Positions 27,875 through 39,367 are shown, counted from the stretch's first letter. The stretch: 64,000 bases of DNA from Octopus sinensis (GCF_006345805.1 NC_043004.1:23932001-23996000); one strand, 5' to 3'. Notes: a model not told the origin generated them from the sequence alone. Numbers and translations are program-made.

Positions 27875-28560
27875 GAATATACTATAAATAAACAACGACC
27901 CCGCTTCGCTTAAGCCGATCAGCTAACTGATCAACATCAACGAGGCACATGGTTGAGTTTATATATACTATATCCGGATGAATGGCAAACTTTTACGAAT
28001 TGCATTTCGGGAGAGGAAAAGTTTTTTCGGAATAAAAATTTAGCAATTAAGGACAACTACTTAATAAGGAAAACTTAACAAGAAATTGTCAGGTAGATAG
28101 CGTAAAAACCTCATAAGAGAAAAAATTTCGAAAATAATTATTTCTTATTGAACATATTAATTTATATATAGAGGGCATTATACATACATGCCAGGTGTAT
28201 GTAGAATGCCTCCTCGTATGGCGTGTATGTAGAATGCCTCCTGGCATGTATGTATAATGCCCTCTATATATAAATTAATATGTTCAATAAGAAATAATTA
28301 TTTTCGAAATTTTTTCTCTTATGAGGTTTTTACGCTATCTACCTGACAATTTCTTGTTAAGTTTTCCTTATTAAGTAGTTGTCCTTAATTGCTAAATTTT
28401 TATTCCGAAAAAACTTTTCCTCTCCCGAAATGCAATTCGTAAAAGTTTGCCATTCATCCGGATATAGTATATATAAACTCAACCATGTGCCTCGTTGATG
28501 TTGATCAGTTAGCTGATCGGCTTAAGCGAAGCGGGGTCGTTGTTTATTTATAGTATATTC

Positions 28561-28608
28561 AGGCCTGCTGATGATTACGTAAGTATGAAATCACTGTGAT
28601 ACAGGTCT
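28561..28608 (+). ncRNA. Type I hammerhead ribozyme motif, copy 3 (inverted arm)
   Basis: aggcctg CTGATGA ttacgtaagtat GAAA tcactgtga T A caggtct; predicted cut after A28601. Confidence 0.78.
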
Positions 28609-28873
28609 ATATATTTTTAAATGTCTTTCTTTGAAAAATTGCATTCGGTGGGATTAGTAATATTTTTGGTAGAAATGACTGATTGTCCCTCTTAGCGTAT
28701 GGCGTGTATGTAGAATGCCTCCTGGCATGTATGTATAATGCCCTCTATATATAAATTAATATGTTCAATAAGAAATAATTATTTTCGAAATTTTTTCTCT
28801 TATGAGGTTTTTACGCTATCTACCTGACAATTTCTTGTTAAGTTTTCCTTATTAAGTAGTTGTCCTTAATTGC

Positions 28874-28917
<44 letters not shown>

Positions 28918-28919
<2 letters not shown>

Positions 28920-29330
28920 TAAAAAGAATTCCAACCTTGTCTGATTTTCACGTTTTATTTACAATCTTATAATGATATATTATAAGATAATATATTATAA
29001 TTGAATAAAATAAAATGAAATAGTAGAATGTTAAATATTCATTCTGATTGAACTAGTACTTTCATGCATTGAATTCTGCAATCTTCGGGTTCATGTAGTA
29101 GTGTTGACAGTCATGCTTCACAATTCTTGACCGTAGCAAGATGATTGATTCTGTGCTATAAATACAGCTGGGAGAGGCTCCAGAGTGCTAGGTTTTGCAA
29201 ACTGTATTCTGACCAATCAGTGTGTAGTATCACTCAATTACTTAAGCTGATTGGTTGGTTGAGCTGATTGGTTTAGGCATCACGCTTTGTTGGACATGTC
29301 AAGAGTCCTGTATCTTGACCCTGGCCGAAG
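28918..29330 (-). mobile_element. Penelope-like pseudo-LTR relic with minimal hammerhead
   Basis: Minus strand 29093-29049: UGAAC-CCGAAGA-U UGCA GAAUUCAA UGCA U-GAAA-GUAC-U-A^-GUUCA. Stem III is the palindrome AGUACU; one core change (U4C). Confidence 0.6.
29157..29271 (-). promoter_or_regulatory. TATA plus three CCAAT-box cluster (probably the pLTR promoter)
   Basis: TATAAATA at 29157-29164; CCAATCAG at 29213-29220; CTGATTGG at 29247-29254 and 29264-29271. Confidence 0.35.
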
Positions 29331-31122
29331 CAGCAATTGTTGGGTTATTTTTAGAAATGTTGTAAATATCCTTTGTCAGAGATTTTTATATTTTTATATT
29401 TCAATTGTCATCATCATCATTGTCAGCACCTTAATTATTGTTGCTAGTGGTGATGGTGGTGGCAATAGAACTTTTAACCCTAAATAAGATAATTTTCCTG
29501 CTATCTTCATCTTGATCACCTTTAGTATTGTTGTTGTTGTTAGTGGTCATGGTCGTAGCAGTGGAAGTAATACCTCTAAGTATTATTATTATTGCTTATT
29601 TAGCTTGGGTTCGAATTTATCAATAAAATTATTTTCTCTGATTTTCCTCTCGATTTCACTTGGGCTGTGTAATTTGTAGAATGGAAATATTATATATATT
29701 TTCCGACCACATGTTGCTAGGTGGTTACTCAAAGGTATCTGACCGACCTCTGGGTCTCTAATCTGTTGCCGGTGTACACGTGAGCGTTCTAATAGTGCGT
29801 TTCCCGTCTGACCTACATATATTTCTTCACAATTTGGGCATTTGATGCAGTAAATTAAAAATTTTCTTTTATAGAAATAAATTTTATGGTTTTAAAAATG
29901 ATATTTACGATTTACAATTAGAAAGGAACTGACATAATATTACATTGTACATCGATGTATGTTTGCATTAAACACGCATACATACAGATGTACACATACT
30001 AACACACATACACAGGCGCGCAGAATTAAATGCACGAAGATATATTTTCATGTTAAAAGCTTTATCAAATTGCAGTCTGTTTCGGTTTCGTTAAAATTGG
30101 ACAGTAATAAAATGGAATACAATTAGGCAATTTATTTCACGAAAAATAATACAAATAATAATATATTTATGCATATTTATTTGATGTTAATTTGTTTCGA
30201 TGTCTCGTGCATTTGATAAATGAACAGTAAAAGGTTCCTGATTTGCTTTGTGGTTAGGAAGCCCATAAACTATTTACATGATTTCGGATTCAAACACAAT
30301 GATCAACATATTGGGATAGGTGTCTTGTACCTGAACCTCCAGCTCACCAATAACTTGTAAGTAAAAGTTGGCAGACAGAATATACAGAGTAAGACTGTTA
30401 TGGTACTTAAGTATTATTGTAGTAATTTAGCCAAAAGTATTCCGTAATAGAATAGTATTACGTCCGAAAGTAGTACCGGTGTCACCATTCTGGTATAATG
30501 TATCTAGCAACACAACATCTAGTATTTCTCGTTTAAGGCAGCAGGGTGCGATTCTGGGTAGAGTTTGCAGCGATTGACAGCAAGTCAAGCAATCTTGAGA
30601 AACCTCTTTCACATAACTAACTGATAGCTGGTAACGTTAAACGGGTAAATGATATTCTGGTACATGTACATTTGTACAAATTATGTAAGATTATTAATAC
30701 TGCACTGTGCAAAGTACTAATATGTAAACTAGTCTAGAGACCACGGAAATTTGAGGTATGTGTTCGTAAATTAGTGCAGATTACGAGAGAATCCGGAACT
30801 CTTATAATCAGTGTCCGGAAATTGATTTTGTTCTTGAATATGCCTAAAATTGAAACAAAATCCATGTCATAATCAAAATCCTTAAAATAATGAAACAATG
30901 CTATGAAAATTTATAACTTAAGGCACACACACAAAAAAACCGTCTTTAACATACAACAAAAATATCCGCATTTGTTAAGCTATAAAAAAATTATTTAATA
31001 CAGTGTTTTTTAAACTTTTTTAGTATTTACCATTCACTATCCTGATTTCTTTTTCTGTTAAGAGAATGTGACCTATACACCTCAAGTTATTAAATAATAT
31101 TAAATCCTTACATGAGATATAG

Positions 31123-31335
31123 GTTTCAAATTTTGGCACAAGGCCAGCAATTTCGGGGAGGGGATAAGTCGATTACATCGACTCCAGCTCTTGAGTGGTA
31201 CTTATTTTACCAACCTCAAAATGATGAATGGCGAAGTCAACCTCGGAGGAATTTGAAAATCAGAACGTAAAGATGAACGAAATGCGGCTAAGCATTTAGC
31301 CAGGCGTGCTAACGATTCCGGCAGCTCGCTGCTCT
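31123..31335 (-). mobile_element. SINE family B
   Basis: Reverse complement of 17393-17613. Confidence 0.85.
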
Positions 31336-31401
31336 ATTCTTATATTAAATATTAACATCTTTAAAAACCACTATTACGGAAAGTAAATGTAAAAGAACGA
31401 A

Positions 31402-31477
<76 letters not shown>

Positions 31478-31696
31478 GAGCGGGATGGGCTACTCAACCT
31501 GAAGAAAATTCTAACTGGGCCCCACCTGCAAGGTCATGTGCTGTTTATCTTGATATGAAATCACCATGTCGTGCACATATGGTTGTGATGCATGTGCCTG
31601 GTGTACCTTTATCAGACGGGTAGTCATGATGGGTATATTGGGCTTCGTATATTTTACCCCAGTGTCACTTTGATGGCATGAACTGCTCTCTCACTC
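31478..31696 (+). mobile_element. Short insert (probably a LINE 3' UTR) embedded in (AAT)n
   Basis: 219 bp of complex sequence with (AAT)n at about 31402-31477 and 31697-31753; no ORF. Confidence 0.55.
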
Positions 31697-31718
31697 AATG
31701 ATAATAATAATAATAATA

Positions 31719-31756
<38 letters not shown>

Positions 31757-31764
31757 GTAATCTT

Positions 31765-31978
31765 TTCTATTATGGCACAAGGACTGAAATTTTGGGGGAG
31801 GGTGTAGTTTATTACATTGGTCCAGTGTTTCACTGGTACATAATTTATCGACCCCGAAAGAATGAAAAGCAAATTCGGCCTCAGCGGAATTTGAAAATCA
31901 GAACGTAAAGACGGACGAACGAATGGCGGCTAAGCAGTTTTCTCGGCGTGCTAATAATTATGACAGTTCGCCGCCTTA
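31765..31978 (-). mobile_element. SINE family B
   Basis: As above; followed by the same 31-bp flank as the copy at 31123. Confidence 0.85.
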
Positions 31979-32439
31979 TTCTTATATTAAATATTAACAT
32001 CTTTAAAAATCACCTTTAAGGAAAGTAGATTTAAAAAAAGGAGAACATTAATAATAATAAGAATGATTTTTAACTAACTAAAATAATATCATCTTTGGAA
32101 TTTTCAAAATTTTCCCCTCGAATCCTTCCGGAATGAAATTAATTACTATGCTCTGACACACTTTCTGAGCTTAGGCATTTATTTTTGCTATATTATCTTG
32201 TTAAACTAATAATTTCATGTTGGATAATTGCATCAATTTAATGTGGTCGTTCGACCTATTACATATAATATTGACATCCCTCTGAAATCGCTGCTTAACA
32301 CCTTCAAATAACGGAAGTACATATTGGATAGTATGGAGACATCCGCGTTAAATATACATGAAAATGGGGCCTGATTGCTGTGGTTTGATTGGTTTTGCTC
32401 GGGCATGTCTGGAGTAACGTTGAGTAACAACAACCCATG

Positions 32440-33450
32440 CAAATTTTCAGTTCAAGAAAACAAGTAGCAGAACGACGATGGTGTTGTTTTTCTTACTCTC
32501 TATTAGGAAGAGACGTACAGAGATATAAAGAAGGTGATTTGAAACAGTTAGATAAACCAATGAGGAAAACATGAACGCTGGAAGTAATAGGAGATGTCAT
32601 CAGAACAACTGGAACGTGATAAACATAGATATCAGTGTGAGACTAGACAATCATGAATGGAAGAAATATCAAAGAAAACTTCCAGGTATTTATAATCAAA
32701 GTAAAAGAAAATCTGAGAACTGTGATAGTCATTTTAAGACATACCGGCCAAAATATGGTTTGGAAGAAAGATCGTAACGCTATTAATGTTTAGAAAAAGA
32801 ACTTAAAATATAAATAAACAAGATGTAACTGAATTATAGGAGTGGAAATCTTGCCAAAATTAGATGATGCATTCAGTAGGGTAAAAAGAAAATGACATGA
32901 AGAAACCATAGACATAAACAACGCAATATTTCAATAAGCTAAAGGTTAGTGCTGATGTAGGCAACGTACTACTTAGAGATCAGCTATCAATGTTTAATAC
33001 TTTAATTTTTATATGGTGCTAGGGGGCTCTGAACAGAGTAGTAGCTTTGGTACCTGACAGCTGCATTTCGCCAGCGATGGTCATGTGTGTATAGGCATCA
33101 CAGATTCTTATTGTACTCCTAGTCTCACACTTGATGGCTTCTAGCTCCACCCCGCAGTACCCCGCTTCAACTGGTGGGCTAAACCAAGTCAGAGGATGGT
33201 GTTAACACTGTACCAGTAGGCAAAAAACTCTGAGTCAGGTCAAAGGCTTTGAGCTCGAGGCATACGGTAGGTGGTTAATGACATGGAGTGGAATGGGCGC
33301 TGCCTAGCTAACCTGCCTATGAGACATTCATGTTGACAACCAGACCAGAATCAGTAGTGTATCGATCATCATCCGAGTGAACAGGCATCAATTTCGCAGT
33401 GTCACAGAGGGCAGAAGACCAAGAGAAGTAAATTTGGTTACGACGTCATC
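32440..33450 (+). mobile_element. Highly degenerate RTE-like LINE remnants
   Basis: RPKYGLEERS* resembles the GKYGLGERN motif of RTE AP-endonucleases; many stops. Confidence 0.3.
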
Positions 33451-33499
33451 ATCGAATAACCCAAAACGTCATAGTTAAGAGATAAGAAGAATAGAAAAG

Positions 33500-33605
33500 A
33501 AGGAAAGAAGGAAGGAAGGAAGGAAGGATGGCTGGCTGGCTGGCTGGCTGGCTGGATGGATGGATGGATGGATGGATGGATGGAGGGAGGGAGGGAGGGA
33601 GGGAT
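33500..33605 (+). repeat. Compound (GAAG)(GGCT)(GGAT)(GGAG) tetranucleotide array
   Basis: Directly visible stepwise motif change. Confidence 0.9.
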
Positions 33606-33979
33606 GTACGGATAGTGCTAGAATTCAAAGATTGAAATATTTTGATACATTTCTTGCAAGAATATTTCTTTCTGCTTTTGGAACAAGTCCTAAATGTTTT
33701 CTGGGGAGGGTCCTAGTCGATTACATCGACTCTAGTATACTTATGGTACTTATTTTAATGTCCCCAAAAGTATAAAAAGCAAAGTCTATCTCAACAGACT
33801 TTCTGTTACAGTATGGGTTTCGAATTTTGGCACACACTCAGCAATTTCAAGGGAGGAGTAACTCGATTACAGCGACCCCAGTGCTCAACTCTAACTTATT
33901 TTATCGAACTCAAGAGAAAGAAAGGCAAAGGCGATCTCGACGGTCTTCCTGTTAAAAGAAATCAAAAATATATTATATA

Positions 33980-34176
33980 ATAGGCGTAGGGGTGGCTGTG
34001 TGGAAAGTAGCAATAGGCGTAGCTTGCTTAAGAATCAAATGGTTCCAGGTTCAATCCCACTGCGTGGAACCTTGAGTAAGTGGGTTCTACTATAGCCTCG
34101 GGCCTACCAAATCCTTGTGAGTGGGTGTGGTAGACGGAAACCGGAAACTTAAAGAAGCCCGTCGTATATATATATA
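33980..34176 (+). mobile_element. SINE family A head
   Basis: GGCGTAGGGGTGGCTGTGTGG...CCAGGTTCAATCCCACTGCGTGG...AAAGAAGCCCGTCGTATATA. Confidence 0.85.
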
Positions 34177-34896
34177 CAGGAAAAAAGCAACAAGAATGGA
34201 TTAGTTGTTCAGTACAATTGTTTCATACGAAGAGCAGATTTATTTAAAGCTGCAGATATTGCAGCAAATACAAGTGTTCTGTATTCATCAGCCAAAACAC
34301 ATATGAGTTTTCCAAACATCCTCGGGAGTGAGGCTACACTCTTATTCTCCGACCCCCTTCCTACCATAATGTCCTTATTTGGGCGGTTTCTGCTTCACTG
34401 ACTTCTTTTGCGACTTCTTTTAGCCACTATAGCCAATCTCTTCTTCCAACAACTTAGTTTGTGAAATGAATAGATGTGTGATCAACATCTTTTCCTCATA
34501 TATCAGGAAATTACATCTGCATTGTTATGGATACATTCATCTTCTCTGTGAATAAAATATTTCCTCATATCTCCGGAAATTACACCTGCATTATTATGGA
34601 TGGATTTACCTTTTCTGAGAAGCTAACAATCTTTTTAAAAACCTTTTATAAAACTGTGCATCATTAGAAAACATTTTAAGTCTGCTTACAACCTAACTTT
34701 GCTTTTCATAGAACTCTCTTCGATACTTCATGAGTGTAGCCTCACTCCATAGAATGTTTGGAAAACTCATATGTGTTTTGGGTGATGAATACGGGACACT
34801 TGTATTTGCTGCAATATTTGCAGCTTTACATAAATCTGTTCTTCGTATGAAACAATTGTACAGAACAACTAATCCATTCTTGTTGCTTTTTTCCTG
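34177..34896. mobile_element. 720-bp Tc1-type non-autonomous DNA transposon with about 165-bp TIRs
   Basis: 34177-34341 and 34732-34896 are inverted repeats (roughly 90% by eye). Ends are TA|CAGG...CCTG|TT; no ORF. Confidence 0.85.
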
Positions 34897-35013
34897 TTTA
34901 TAATCACCCCACATTATTTTATGGTTAATAGCATAAAGATTTCTGGTGCATCTAAGTTAAGTACCGCATTCATTTGAATTCATTGGAATTCACTTGAATC
35001 TTAATTGCTTTAC

Positions 35014-35114
<101 letters not shown>

Positions 35115-35139
35115 TGTGTGTGTGTATATATGTTTGTGT

Positions 35140-35392
35140 GTCTGTGTTTGTCCCCCCAACATCGCTTGACAACTGATGCTGGTGTGTTTATGTCCCCAGT
35201 ACTTACTCTATCGGTCTCTTTTGCCGAACCGCTAAGTGACGGGGACATAAACTTAGCGGTTCGGCAAAAGAGACCGATAGAGTAAGTACTAGGCTTACAA
35301 AGAATAAGTCCTGAGGTCGATTTGCTCGACTAAAGGCGGTGCTCCAGCATGGCCACATTCACATGACTGAAACAAGTAAAAGAGAGTAAAGA
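35140..35392 (+). mobile_element. SINE family A tail with an internal inverted duplication
   Basis: Standard tail sequence interrupted by a 53-nt reverse-complement copy of itself at 35198-35250. Confidence 0.85.
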
Positions 35393-35541
35393 GTATAAGG
35401 GACAAAAGTTCAACCATTTCATTCAGAAGCATAAATTGAATATCTGATAATATATAAAAGCTGGCAAACAAACAGAACTATAAGGGTTACTCAATTTAAA
35501 GTATGTCAGTATAGTATAAAGAGGAAATCAGATAGAGAAAT

Positions 35542-35589
<48 letters not shown>

Positions 35590-35894
35590 AAGACAGGATG
35601 GCGAGTACAGAGAGACAAACAAACAGGCAGATAGCAAACATCAATGCTTATAATGCACCATATGGAGATTGTGCTTTGATTGTAAACAAACGCACGGACA
35701 GATACATGTGAAAAGAATACACAAAGTCAGGAGGAAGGAAGATTTAAGCCAGAGCATTCTTGGAAATATTACACGATAAGTAGTAACTAGCATGAAGAGA
35801 TGAATATGAAAAAAAAAATTGAAGATATTATTTGAGAACGAAAATTATCCTCTCCAAGAAAATAGAAGTCTCTGATGTTGTTCACTGTATTTAC

Positions 35895-36166
35895 AAATAG
35901 GTTTCGATTCCCACACCGGGCGTTGTGAGTGTTTATTGAGCGAAAACACCTAAGGCTCCATGAGGCTCCGACAGGAGGTGGTGGCGGTCCCTGCTGTACT
36001 CTTTCACCACAACTTTCTCTCACTCTTTCTTCTGTTGGCCTGCTCGCTTAGCCAGCGGGGTGGCGTCATTTGAAGGCTAAAACAATCCGAAACGCATTGT
36101 GACTAGCGATGTGTAGCAACATCTGATAGCCTGGTCGGTCAAAGTGAAGTGATCAAAGTGATATAT
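35895..36166 (+). mobile_element. SINE (third family)
   Basis: GGTTTCGATTCCC B-box-like head; ends CTGGTCGGTCAAAGTG..GATCAAAGTGATATAT. Confidence 0.6.
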
Positions 36167-36169
36167 GAA

Positions 36170-36380
36170 TTTATATATCACTTTGATCACCTTGACCGAC
36201 TAGTCCGTCGGGCGTCCATTTGACACCGCACGTCACAGCACGCTGTCCACTCCTCTCTGGATCATACCTTCCTCATCCACGTGATCACATGCGCCCTCCT
36301 GAAATCGTAACTCCACCGTCGTGGAGGCTTTCCGAGTGGTCGTTTCCCCTCGCGCGGGTACCACTCGACAACTACATCAC
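36170..36380 (-). mobile_element. Short GC-rich retroposon sharing the same 3' tail
   Basis: Minus strand ends ...CTAGTCGGTCAAGGTGATCAAAGTGATATAT; body differs from the neighbour. Confidence 0.5.
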
Positions 36381-36464
36381 ATTATACATATCTGCACGTA
36401 TCTCCATCTCTCTGTCTGTATATATATATACATATATATAATTATATAGTTACATGCCGAGATA

Positions 36465-36502
<38 letters not shown>

Positions 36503-36517
36503 CATGCATACACAACG

Positions 36518-36609
<92 letters not shown>

Positions 36610-37824
36610 TCTGTGTGTGTTTGTATGAGTTTCGACTTTCTTAAAGGCTGCCAACGATCGAATTTAGTCATCATCCGTATGATGACTACACTCGAATATC
36701 AAAGTCCAAATTTAATGTCAACTAAAAGATAGTGAAGCGTCTGTTAATATATACAGGTGAGAAAGGGTCTGGAATAATGATGTTTATTTTATTTTTCTAC
36801 TTGCGTTTGAAACGCGATGTGAGATAGCTTTACCCTGAAACGACTGAAGACATATGTCTCAGTGAATCAGAGTTTGGCGATGGGCTTGAAGATTACCTGA
36901 ATGTTATTGTGAATGATAACGAGCAAGAGGGTACTCGCGGCAGTGATCATCAAAATAACTTTTACTACAGAGTAATTGCGATGAAATTGTGCAATGCGTC
37001 TGATTTGAAAGAAAATGCTGACCGAAGACGTTGTACTGATTCAGAGAAAGGAAAGTCAACTTAATAGTTGTATAAGAAACAAATATTGCGACAGAAAGAA
37101 AGATAATAAAAGCTATACACAAAAATACATATTCAACATATGAATTGGTCCGCATCGTTCCAGTTTGTCTTATTTTTTTATGTTCGATACATATGCATTG
37201 GGAAATAAGCTATAGAGGTTGAAAGATGAGAAAGAAAACATTTTAAAGATACATTATTCTTTCGGTTGAAGAATAAATCAAGCGAGAATTATTAGTGTAA
37301 ATTATAGACTAGCCTAGATTTAAAATTGAGCAGAGAGTCAGTTCATGAATGAAAAATTAATTCACTATATAGGCGACATACAAAAGCTGTAGCCCGAAAA
37401 TGTATTTTCATATGTATGAACGCCAACTACTGACTTAGCTGAGAAGGCGATACATCGATACATTTTGTCGCGCGAAAAAAGCTATGTTGAAGAAGCCGTT
37501 AAAGTTCAGGGTTGTAGGCCCTCAGTAATTTGAGATTTTCTTATTTTTGATATTCTCTAATGATTTTCAAGTTATATAACAATATATCTCTTAAAGTTTC
37601 ACTTCAGTTCTCAAATGACGAATATTTAAATAAGCTGTTACAATAAAATGATAGTAACGATAAGAATACGGCGTCCTCAAACTGGAAACCAAATCCCGAT
37701 GCATGCAACGTATTTCACTCCACTTAAGGTACCGCAATGTAACAGATGGTGGTTATGTTAAAACGACCGACAGATTAAGACTACCACCTAAATAAAATAA
37801 AACAGTATGCATATTTTCATTAAA

Positions 37825-37888
<64 letters not shown>

Positions 37889-37891
<3 letters not shown>

Positions 37892-39132
37892 CTGAACTAA
37901 ATGCACGTAACAAGGTGTTAGCTATAAATTCCTTAGCAGTTCCAGTTGTTACTTATAGCTACAATGTGTTGAACTGGAATATGAGTGAAGTAAAGAATAT
38001 AGATAGAAAAATACGCAAGCTGCTGAGTTGTAATAGGATGCACCACCCAAAGGCAGATTTAGATCGCCTTTACCTTCCCAGAGCCCAAGGAGGTCGAGGC
38101 CTGATCCAATTTGAACTAGCTTACAAAACAACCACAATTGGACTGGCCAAATATCTCGAAATATCGAATGACTGGATGCTAAAGCTCGTGGAAAATCACG
38201 AGAGACGAAAGAAGCTTCATTCTATCATCAAGGAAAGCAAAAAAATTGCTATTGATCTCGTGCAGGATACCCAAACTGAACAACCCGAGGGAAGTACGGC
38301 AACTATTGTTGCAAAGAAGGTGAAAATGATGACAATGAAAAAAGCGCACGAGCAATTGACTGATAGGTGGGAGGAGACACCTCTGCACGGCAAATATGTG
38401 ACCCGCAGCAAACAAGCTGATATTGACCAGAAGCAAACCCATCAGTGGCTATGGAGCTCAGGGCTAAAAGCAGAGAGCGAAGGTTTCATTCTGGCTGCTC
38501 AAGACCAAAGCCTATTAACCCGGAACTACCAGGCCAATGTGATGAAAAATGGAGCAGACCCAAAATGCCGATTCTGCAACGACATGATTGAAACAGTGGA
38601 CCACCTAATCTCTGGATGTAAAGTCTTAGCACCAGTGGAGTATAAATTAAGACATGACAGAGTTGGCCAATATCTCCACTGGCTAATAAGTCGGCATTAC
38701 AATATCAAAACTGCCGACAAGTGGTATAATCACCACCCTGAGGCTGTAACTGAAGGAGAAAATGTAACCATTCTGTGGGACTTTCCAGTACATACAGACC
38801 GAACCATCAAGGCCAATAAACCAGATATTGTTGTGAAAGACCAAAACAATAAAGTTTGCTTATTGATCGACATGAGCATACCCTGTGATCATAATATCTC
38901 AGCGAAAGAGTTTGACAAGCTCAGAAAATATAAAGACCTACTCATTGAAATTGAGAAAATGTGGCATCTCAAGGCGGTTACAATACCAGTGATCGTAGGA
39001 GCACTAGGAATGATCAAGAAGGGAACCGAAAATTATATGAGAATGATCCCTGGCTTACCATCCCTGCAAGAAGTGCAAAAGATTGTCTTAACTGGTACAT
39101 CACACGTATTGAGAAGAGCATTGTCGATGTGA
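37889..39132 (+). CDS. C-terminal part (about 414 codons) of the retrotransposon RT-RLE polyprotein
   Basis: No internal stops. The track's Met at 37807 and the poly-Asn are microsatellite read-in, not a real start. Confidence 0.8.
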
Positions 39133-39310
39133 GAACTGTTGCTGCTCATGTATTTTAATTTAACTTTAAAAAAAAAAAAATTAAAAAAAATAAATGAACT
39201 ACTGAGTTTGGTTTAATGGCCTACCAATATACACTATGAGTTTCTTTGCCCTAGGAGTCGGGAAGACACTCGGCAAGAAATGGAAGCAAATTTGAAAGAA
39301 GAAAAAAAAG
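37889..39310 (+). mobile_element. 5'-truncated R4/Dong-clade non-LTR retrotransposon (restriction-like endonuclease type) in (TAA)n
   Basis: Open frame to TGA at 39130-39132: RT thumb (NKVLAINSLAVPV), CCHC knuckle (CRFC...ETVDHLISGC), RHD motif, KPDIV...LIDMSIP...K..KY (PD-D/ExK). A-rich end; (AAT)n on both flanks. Confidence 0.92.
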
Positions 39311-39327
39311 TAATAATAATAATAATG

Positions 39328-39367
<40 letters not shown>

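Noticed and set aside
36828-37064. 78-codon acidic stop-free frame (LYPETTEDICLSESEFG...)
   Set aside because: No recognisable motif, start or donor; frames of this length are expected by chance in 64 kb.
37807-37888. Met and poly-Asn N-terminus of the 441-aa ORF
   Set aside because: Chance in-frame read-in through the (AAT)n target; the element is 5'-truncated.
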